Shown here: in pieces, positions 55,833 to 64,000 of the stretch
Layout: every line of letters starts with the position of its first letter
How positions within the stretch are numbered: the stretch's first letter is position 1
From: Amoebophrya sp. A120
Lineage: Eukaryota > Protista > Dinoflagellata
Assembly (NCBI GenBank): GCA_905178155.1
Contig: CAJINV010000015.1
Location: 705,309-769,308 of the forward strand
Reading direction: 5' to 3'
Length of the DNA: 64,000 bases
The notes under the pieces: model-generated
Databases searched by the model: none
Told to the model about the DNA's origin: nothing
What the model saw: the letters and a program-made list of their open reading frames with translations, nothing else
Made by a program: the position numbers and the translations under genes

Positions 55833-58800
55833 CTACAAATCGTCCATGTCGACTTCCATGATCTCCTTTTTCTCCACTACTTCTTCCTCGATGACCTCCT
55901 CCTCGATAATTTATGAACTGCAAAAGTATCGCACTCGTAGTAATTGCAGTCATGCATTACAAATCTTGTTCTTAAGGTAAATCCGCATAACAAACTTTCT
56001 TTCTCATGTTAAGGAAATTTGTAATGCATTTCTACTAGTACGAGTACGATGCAACTTTTGCAATGCATATAATTTCCTCCTCCACGATCTTCTCGGCGTT
56101 GTTCGCAGCACTACTTCCGCCCTGATTCCACCACTCGTTGCCACCAGTTTGTGCTGAGGATCCAGCTGCTGCCCCCTGTAGTTTGAGTTATTTTCAGTAA
56201 GTTTAGAAGTACAACGCAGTCGGAGCTGCTGCACATGTTGATGAGGCATGACGTAAGTTTGTTTGCACTTGTTGCTTTAGAAGAGCTGAAAACATCAAGA
56301 AAACCAAAACGGAAGTCCAATGACACAACAAGAACAAAAATCACATACCGTCTCCACCCACTTATTCGTTGCATCATCCCACTTCCAGTTTCCGTCCTTA
56401 TTCCAATTATCTGTCGCACCGTAATTGTTGTTGTAGCCAGAAGAGGAAGCAGCAGCTGCACCGGAGGAATTATTGTTGTAGCTGTAGTCTTTGTTGTAGT
56501 TGTCCCGATCGTTATAACCGGTACCGGATGAGCCCCAGTTATTGTCGTCCTTGCTTTTGTTCCAGTCTTTATTGTTGTTCCAGTCGTTATAATTCCAAGA
56601 ACCACTGTCCCACTTGCTCTTGTCGTCGTCTTTGTTCTTTTTATCCCAACCTTCCCAGTTGGACGAAGTTGCAGCTTTTTTCTCCACTTCTTCCTCTTCT
56701 TCCGCACCAAAATTCGGATCCCAGGCCATGTCGGCGATGAGCTTCTCATGTTCGGTGAGCCCGCCGGTTTTCGTGAATTCGTAATTGGTAATATCGAAAG
56801 GAAAAACTCCCCCTCCCCATATCGAACAGGCATGTTTCCGAAAATTTGTGTTGCTGATTTGAGGTCACAAATCACGTTTGTCTTGCAAGGAGACAACGGC
56901 AAAAGCTTCGCCCCCATTATAGAAGCGATTTGTCATGCTGTTGGGCCTAAAGGGCAGCCGCTTGCCATGCTGAACAACTAGACCGATACGCCCCTACATA
57001 GCCTGGGGATCTGGCGGCAGTGCCTTCCTGCAATACAAAGCTGATTTGTGTACGCAAATCCAGCATCAGAAACTTCGTTTCGATATGGGGAGGGGGGATT
57101 TTTCCCTTTGATAGGTAAACTGGTGCTTTTGGTACCCGGTGACATCGTTGAATTGTTTCATCTATGCAGTGCAAAAGTATCGCACTCGTACTAATCGCAT
57201 TCATGCAAGACAAATTTCTTTTTCAAGCTAAATCAGCATGAGAAATTCCACATGTCATGCTGAGCTAATTTGTATTGCAATACTACGAGTACGATACTTT
57301 TGCAGTTCATATCATCGTGTCATGCATTTCCGCTTTCTGGTGGACGAAGGGCGCGAACTTGCTATCCGTTTCGAAAGTCGGCTCCTTGTAAACCAAACCC
57401 CCGCTGGATTGAATGACCTGCTGTTCCTTGCCCTGCTTGTCCTTCACCGGAACAATTTTCCACTCCTTGTCGCTGACTGTCGCGATGAGCGACAAATCCT
57501 TCACCGCGTTATTCAGCACTGCAACCTGCAAGGCCTGCATCGCGATGTCGTCTTTCTTTTCCGGACTGCTTTGGACGGATTTATCCTGGATCGCTTTCAC
57601 ACCAGACAGTTCGTTCTGCTCGGCGGCGGCGGAGGCGATCTCCTGTTTCTTCTTTTCAAACGCCTCCTTCCCGAGGCACACGTAGTTGCCGTTTAGTGGG
57701 TTTTTCGGGTTCTCCAAAATTTTCCAGCTCTGGTGTTCTTGCTCCCACCGCGCAATATGACAACCTCAGGTTGGAAATCCTCAAAGTGCAAATTACTATC
57801 TATTATATTCATGCGAAAGTAGAGGTCTACAGAGGGTCGAAGAGAGGTGGCCGAGAGGTAAAAAAGAGGTCGACAGAGGTCAAAAAGAGGTCGACAGAGG
57901 TGGAGAGGTGGCGCGGGAGGTCATTCGAGAGGGTGGCCGAGAGGGTGCGCGAGTATAGCCCGCCGAAGGGCTCGCCCTAAGGCCGCGCCTATAGGGACCA
58001 GAGGGGGCCGAGAGGGTCCAGAGAGGGTAAGCGAGAGGTGGACAGAGGTGCCGGGAGGTTGCGCGAATAAGGGCGAACCTCTCGCGCACCCTCTGGGCCA
58101 CCTCTCGGCCACCTCTGTAGACCTCTACCGGCGAGTATAGCCGGATTATTAGCAACACCTCTCGGGAGAGGTCAAAAAGAGGGTCTGCGAGAGGGTCAGA
58201 AAACCCCGAATCCGCCCGGCTCGCGGCCGGTTTTGTTTGGGCCTTTTCATCGCGCAGGCCCGCACCCTCTCGCGCTACCCTCTCGCGCACCCTCTCGCGC
58301 CACCCTCTCGCGCCACCCTCTCGCGCTACCCTCTCGCGCTACCCTCTCGCGCTCCCCTCTCGTGCCAACCATTTCCGTCGGGAAGCAAATAGGGCGGGGG
58401 CGGGATGGTGATCAAAATAGGGCAGCGCGGCCCCCGTTCTGCTTCCTTCGGCACCTATGTCGAGGTGGCTTCTCTTCGCCCCCAAGCTTCGTTGCAGTTG
58501 CTCCCTGCGCATAGCGCCAGCAGGCGCGGGAAGCGCGCAGGAGGCCGCGCGGGCTGACATGGCGCAAACCGGCGCCAGTAGTTCCCTCGGTCTGTCACGC
58601 TGTGCCCAAAGACCCGGCGCTGCGGTCCGACCCGCGCATTGTCCTGCCCCGCCACAACAGCCTTGCGCCCCGGCGGCAGCCGGGGCATGGCTGGTAATTT
58701 GTAATGCAAAAAAACGACTCCAGTTGAAGCGCCATTTGTAGTCGGCGCATGACAAATTTCCTGGGCCCTTAAAGCATGTCTGTCATGCAGGTTAAGGCAA

Positions 58801-61800
58801 AGGGGTGCGCTTCTGTCGTGCTAAGCAGCACTCCAATTCTTGACCCCCAGCAGGACAATAGTCGGCCTCCATTGTGTCCTCTGCAATACAGTCTTTTTTG
58901 AGTCGTTGTCGTATTTCATGCATCACAAATCATTTCCACTTTGAGGATTTCCATTGTTCTGAGGCTTTCATACGCAATTACCACGCTGTCGTACTTTTCG
59001 ATCGCCAACCGGGATTATCAAATGTAAAAATGTCTGGGTCTGGAAGAATGCAACTTGTAATGCGTATTTCAAAACACAGAAAAGTCTCTCATGCATACGT
59101 AGCAAAAGCTGCCCCCTTTCTGTCAGCAAAATAGGGGACTTGTCATGCGGATTCGGCATTGCGGAAGCTTCTCGAAACCTGTGATGCTAGAGCTTCCATG
59201 CCAGACCTTCTGTGTCATGCAAAAACAGCATGCCTCTTCCAGACCCAGACATTTTTACATTTGATATGGATTCTTCCTGCTTCTTGCTGTTTTTCTCCTT
59301 CAAAATCGTCAAGTGGATCTTCGGGATGATGATCAGCTTTGACTTGATTTGCAGCGCCACCCGGAAGTGCTCCTCGTCGATGACCTGGCGGAACTCGCAG
59401 AGCTGGCCCTTGTAGGGATTTTTGTCCGTCGACTTCATGATCTTCATCCGCAAACCCTTGTAGGGGTGGGCCTTTTTTTGCCCCTTTTCTTTGTCGTGCA
59501 ACTCCTGCCACTTCAGCGGAATTTTGTCGGGCCTTTGCTCCTCCTCCTTAATAATAGCCAGCTCTTGCTTCTGCGTCGTCAGTGCTTTCTGTACCGCAGA
59601 ACCGTGGGTCAAAGCCAGCGTGCCCATGTCGGCTGTGTTTTGTTGGTGCATGAAGAACATTATCGAACTTCAAAAAAGGCTGTTCTTGCGGACATGTTGA
59701 ACATATGAATTTGAACTACAGCTGCTGCATCTGTATCTATAACCACATGAACAACATCTTCCCAGAAGTAGTGCTACGTACTGCTAGCAGCAAAAAAATT
59801 CACTATATCAAAAATACCCGCGACTTGATTTATGGTTGCCAGCTGCCGTTCCACCATACCCCCGTCTTTTCGCGTCGCTTATCAAATGCAAAAATGTCTG
59901 GGTCTGGAACATTCTAAACTTGTGATGCTGTCTGTGGATTCTGAAAAAATTTGTATTGCATGAACAGCAAGAGGACTCCAGTTTGTGCTACGCGGAGAAC
60001 AAGGCGGCTCTCATGCGGTAGAGGTATCAGAAAGCGCTCTAAAAATCTGCGATGCTGCGGCATGCATCACAGACGTCATGGGTCATGGAAAATATGCATG
60101 ACAAGTCTAGAAATCTTCCAGACTCAGACATTTTTACATTTGATATCGCTGCGGCTTCGTCAATTGCGTATTTCTCGGTCTTGCTGGTTGTCAAAGCCAG
60201 TTGATTCTATCCTGAGTAAAAACGTACCCACACCAGAGTTGTAATGCAGATTTGCAAAGACAGGAAGACTTGTAATGCGCATCCCCATGAGAGCCATTTC
60301 CAATCGTGTTTTGGAATTTGTGATGCTGTGAACAGGATGAGCAGATGAATCTGTGATGCGGCTACACTTGCTAACCTGCACTACACTGCATACGGCAACT
60401 TGTCATGCGTGACTCACAAAACTCCTAGGTTTGTGTTGCAAAATCCTCATCCTGACTCTGGTGTGGGTACGTTTTTACTCAGGATAGATTCGCCTGCGAC
60501 TTCTTCGCTTCCGGTCCGAAGTCTCGTAGGCCGCCCTTCACCGCTTTCTCGAGTTTGCAGTCAGTACCACGGACGAACATCCAGTCGTTTTTGTTTTCAT
60601 CGTCCCGAATGTACATGCCGTCGGTGAGAATGTGCATGATGCGCTGCGTGCTCTGGTTCGTCTGGGCCCCTGACCCGGAGATTTGTTTGTTCTGCATGAA
60701 CCGGCACTGCACTGCGTCGAGTTCGTAAAGCAGACGCCCATCGTTGTCCGCCTGGACTAGCCTGCCTTGCGTGCCACGTTTAAGACCGAACTCCCCCTTT
60801 ATTGCTTCACTTATCGTTTTCTCGGACTTCGCGTTGGACTTCAGATGGCATTCTGTTTTGGTGATGATGTGTTGCATTTAGTTGGATTTTTGATCATGAA
60901 GATGGTCGTGCACGTGCTCGTCTTCATGCATGAAAATTTCATGTGTACTACTACGTCTATCAAGCGATGATCGTGATGTCCTTGAAAGAGAAAGCCTCTC
61001 ATTTCAATTCAAGCAGAACAACAATCAAAAACAAAGCAAAAAGCATCTTCGTATTAAATACCGCTCTGCTTCACGTCCAGCACGGTATTTGCGGTGCTCA
61101 AGACCTTCATGCCGTCGTTGGGAAACAACTGTAAAACGACCGCCGGCTGGCTACTAACCCCGTCCCCCTGCTCTACATGGACTAGGTCGTAGAGTGTGAA
61201 GGCAGAGCCTGCTGCGAAGGTGGTTTTGTCCACCTCGTCTTGATTGGTGGTCATGTTCGTCTGCATTGAGTACTTGTCTTGCTCGAACGTTACCTTCACG
61301 TCGTTGATGGGCAAGTGCACTTCCTCGGGCCAGCCGTCCATCCCCAAGGACGCAAAGGCGACGATTACCGTTTGCGCATCGGTGTCCGCCTTGATCACGT
61401 CTCCTATCCTCCCCCGCTGCTTCGCATGGTGGGAAATCACCTTCACGCGCTGCCCCGGCTCGAAATACTTGCAGCACTCACGGGGGTCTACTACGACGTG
61501 ACCTGATAGTTTTTGTTTTGATAGGATGAAATACTTTCTTGTCGGTGTCATGCGAAATTCAAAACTGCGAATCGTTTTTATTGGGTTATTTTCCTTGACA
61601 CGTTCGTACTAACTGTCCTCCAAATAGGAAATTCACAACAAATCACTATCACACCTATTTTCCCGATTCCCAGATCCCCCAGCCTCGGTTCCACCATCAT
61701 CGTTCCGTTTTCCAACATTTTTCTCACGGTCGCCTATGGATGTGTCAGAGTTGAAATCGACAAAGTTGAAGTAACTTGCAATGCATAAAATCGATACCAG

Positions 61801-64000
61801 TTGCAAGTCCAATTTGTAAGCGGCGCATGACAAATTTGAGTAGAGTCGAAATCTAGTTTGTAATGCTGTTTGGGTAAGGAGGACGCCTTTTGTGATGCTA
61901 CTTGAGCAGCTCTATTTCTAACCCGAAACAGGCTCACAATCTGCCTCCCTTGCCTACTCTGCAAGACAGACATTTTCTGCGTTGCATTTTATGCATGACA
62001 AACTATTTCAACTTTGACGATTTCAATCCTGTCAGTTCCATATCGCGACCACACCTTTCAATTGCCCCATATACACCTCGATCTTGTCCCCCGTTTCGAA
62101 CGGGTTTTTCTCTTTCACCATCAAATCCTCTGCCCCTAGTTGCACGTGCCCCTGCGCATCCAGCCCCGCGGTCACGCTTTCGTCGACGGCCGCGTAATCT
62201 TCTGGCATCAACTATCCACAGGAAGTTTCATCCTGTACATGATGTACAAATGCAGTTTCTGCATGACAAAACTTTCTTTCAATTCTATTGTGCATGACAA
62301 GTGGCATGCTCCTCCAAGTTGGTGACATTATTTGTGATGCATTTTGTACATGTACAGGAAATTTGTATTGCATATCAACACGTTGGAAAAGTCGTTCTTC
62401 TCCGCCATGGTGGCGTTGTATCAAATGCAAATTATATGTCTGGGTCTGGAAACTTGTAATGCTGAATGGCCATGATTGACTGCGCCTTTGAGTACAGTGC
62501 GGCATGACAAATTCTTCAAACGCCCTGTCATGCGCAGGACGCATTACAAACTACGTTTTTGCATGACGAAGGTGAGGTGCTGTATTTGCTGCTTATACAA
62601 TACAGATTTTTTAGGAATGCGAAACACGCAATACAGGCTCAACCTTTCCAGACCCAGACATATTTGCAGTTGATACGTTCACAAAGGGGTCGATCTTCGC
62701 GAGGGGAAAGTGTTTGAAGATGTGCCCGGACTGTCTTGTAAACGTGTCGCCGTTGGTCTGAAAGCAGCGGATCCCCATGTACTCGATGTCGCGTAATTCT
62801 TCGACAAAAATTATCCCCAACTCCTTCCTGTTCGCGGTGTCGTAGGTGAAAAATTGCGCGGGCGGCTTTGGTTCCTTGCCCGCTCTTATTTTCGTGTTTT
62901 TGTTCCCGAATTTTTGTGGTCGGTCGATATTTGTGCCGTAATTGGTCAAACCGCCGGTCCAAGTGTTGACGTCGCGGGGGAGGCGGGGCTTCATGCGGAC
63001 CTGCACGCCCTTCTCGTCTATTTTCAGGACGCGCCCGAGGTCGCCACGGTAGGTGCCATTGGCGAGGACGCGGACGAATTCTGTATGAATCAATGCATTA
63101 CAAATTAGCATGAGAAACAAATGACATTTGTAATGCGAACTTACCTTACGAAGAAGATTTGTATATGCATGACTGCAATACGAGTACGATATTAAAAACA
63201 AGAGTAAGTACGTCCAGCCTTGATGTGGCTGTGCGGCGTGGTTCCAGCTTGGCCCATGCACTGCCTCAATACGTTGAAGGAATCGTCAGGTGGTACTAAT
63301 CTTGTGTCCCAGGCCGAAACGCCGCGGATTCCTTGCAAGAATTTCCGCAGTTCTTGCTCCTTAAAGGCCTCGATGTAGATGTAGTCTGTTTTGATGGTTT
63401 TGATTTGTGTATTTCGGAGGGGACCCCAAAGGCAAAACCAAAGGTCTAACAATCTTCATCAAAAATCTAAACGTCATGCAGCAGTGCGCGTCACCAGCGA
63501 ACAAGCAGAACAAAACAACATATGCATGTCACATCAGATCGCAAGAAGTACTGTCATACATGAGTATGTACATCAAGATCGCATCAAGAAGTACTTTTTA
63601 TATTCCTGCTGGCCAGCACGGAGAACACGGGGGAGACGAAGTCCGGGTCTTCCTTCTGTTTGTAGGCCATTTTTGTCGTAATCGTGTTACAGACGTCAAT
63701 TCCCTCGCCGAAAATTTTCACGCACCACAGTTTCGGGTCCGACTGCCGCATGAGAACCGGCTCGGTGGCCGGGCCGGGGGTTACTCGGTCCGGTTTTCCT
63801 ATGGATGTGTCAGAGTTGAAATCGACAAAGTTGAAATAATTTGTCATGCATAAAATGGATGCCAGTTGGAACCCAGTTCCCAAGTGGCGCATGACAAATT
63901 TCGGCGGTCCCTAAATCCAGTTTGTCATGCTGTTTAGGCAAAGAAGAGTGATTTTCACCTGCTCCTGTAGCAGCTCGAGCTGTAACCCCAAACAGGCTGA
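55833..64000 (-). CDS. SPT5: Transcription elongation factor SPT5 (5' end outside the window), at least 14 introns
   Basis: NGN domain DPKLWCVK..DYIYIEAFKE; KOW motifs FVRVLANGTYRGDLGRV, FETGDKIEVYMGQLKGVVATV, KYFEPGQRVKVI and YKGQLCEFRQV. The 3' exon chain was hand-spliced in frame to the stop at 55833. Confidence 0.93.
55912..56069. mobile_element. Introner family C (158 bp)
   Basis: Family C TIRs; TSD TAATT/TAATT. Confidence 0.93.
56792..57113. mobile_element. Introner family E (322 bp)
   Basis: Family E TIRs; TSD GGTAA/GGTAA; opposite orientation to 50578..50905. Confidence 0.93.
57163..57311. mobile_element. Introner family C (149 bp)
   Basis: Family C TIRs; TSD TCATC/TCATC. Confidence 0.95.
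57756..58972. mobile_element. Introner family G expanded to 1217 bp by a nested Helitron-like insert
   Basis: TATGA..CCTCAG..TGGAAATCCTCAAAGTG / CACTTTGAGGATTTCCA..CTGAGG..TCATA; TSD CGCAA/CGCAA; 315 bp remain after removing 57793..58694. Confidence 0.92.
57793..58694 (+). mobile_element. Non-autonomous Helitron-like element, copy 2 (902 bp)
   Basis: Starts TTACTATCTATTATATTCATGCG and ends GCCCCGGC-GGCA-GCCGGGGC-ATGGCTGG; A|T insertion with no TSD; internal ACCCTCTCGCGC tandem array shared with copy 1. Confidence 0.8.
59016..59266. mobile_element. Introner family B (251 bp)
   Basis: Family B TIRs; flanks GGGAT/TGGAT. Confidence 0.92.
59661..59816. mobile_element. Highly degenerate C-size intron (156 bp)
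   Basis: TATCGAACTTCAAAAA...AAAAATA; removal plus 5 bp joins NQVAG/FMHQQ in SPT5. Confidence 0.55.
59880..60145. mobile_element. Introner family B (266 bp)
   Basis: Family B TIRs; TSD TCGCT/TCGCT. Confidence 0.95.
60208..60486. mobile_element. Introner family F (279 bp)
   Basis: Perfect 32-bp TIR TATCCTGAGTAAAAACGTACCCACACCAGAGT; TSD GATTC/GATTC. Confidence 0.95.
61735..62042. mobile_element. Introner family G (308 bp)
   Basis: Family G TIRs; flanks TCGCC/TCGCG; splits an SPT5 KOW motif. Confidence 0.92.
62213..62374. mobile_element. Introner, singleton family (162 bp)
   Basis: TATCCA..TCCTGTACATG / CATGTACAGGA..TGCATA; TSD TCAAC/TCAAC. Confidence 0.88.
62419..62675. mobile_element. Introner family B (257 bp)
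   Basis: Family B TIRs; flanks CGTTG/CGTTC. Confidence 0.92.
63800..64000. mobile_element. Introner family G, truncated by the window end
   Basis: TATGGATGTGTCAGAGTTGAAATCGACAAAGTTGAA start is identical to the 61735 copy. Confidence 0.9.

Noticed and set aside
59670-59672. In-frame TGA upstream of an SPT5 exon suggesting stop-codon reassignment
   Set aside because: It falls inside the inferred 59661..59816 intron; the spliced genes need no readthrough.

Overview
Eukaryotic genomic DNA. Its architecture best matches a syndinian (parasitic) dinoflagellate such as Amoebophrya; this is an inference from gene organisation and intron type. All supportable protein genes (about 15) lie on the minus strand. 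Recognisable ones are a Shewanella-like metallophosphatase, a TerD-like protein, a GT1 UDP-glycosyltransferase, a degenerate kinesin motor fused to a CCDC78-like coiled coil, a multi-pass membrane protein and SPT5. These genes are interrupted by about 40 short elements in at least 7-8 families (introners). The elements share TA(T)...(A)TA termini, terminal inverted repeats, a 5-bp flanking duplication and a repeated internal TTGTNATGC motif. Removing an element plus 5 bp restores the reading frame in either element orientation, and at least one has no possible GT/GC-AG register. Nested in these introns are three further layers: two copies of a Helitron-like element (A|T insertion, no TSD, covarying 3' hairpin, CTGG end), two near-identical 1301-bp TIR elements with a flip/flop double-hairpin core, and a 145-bp insert with an 18-bp duplication. 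An intergenic region at 46.3-47.9 kb holds two divergent, highly structured candidate RNAs, one with a U1-like ACUUACC motif. Exon joins were reconstructed by hand, without cDNA or database searches.
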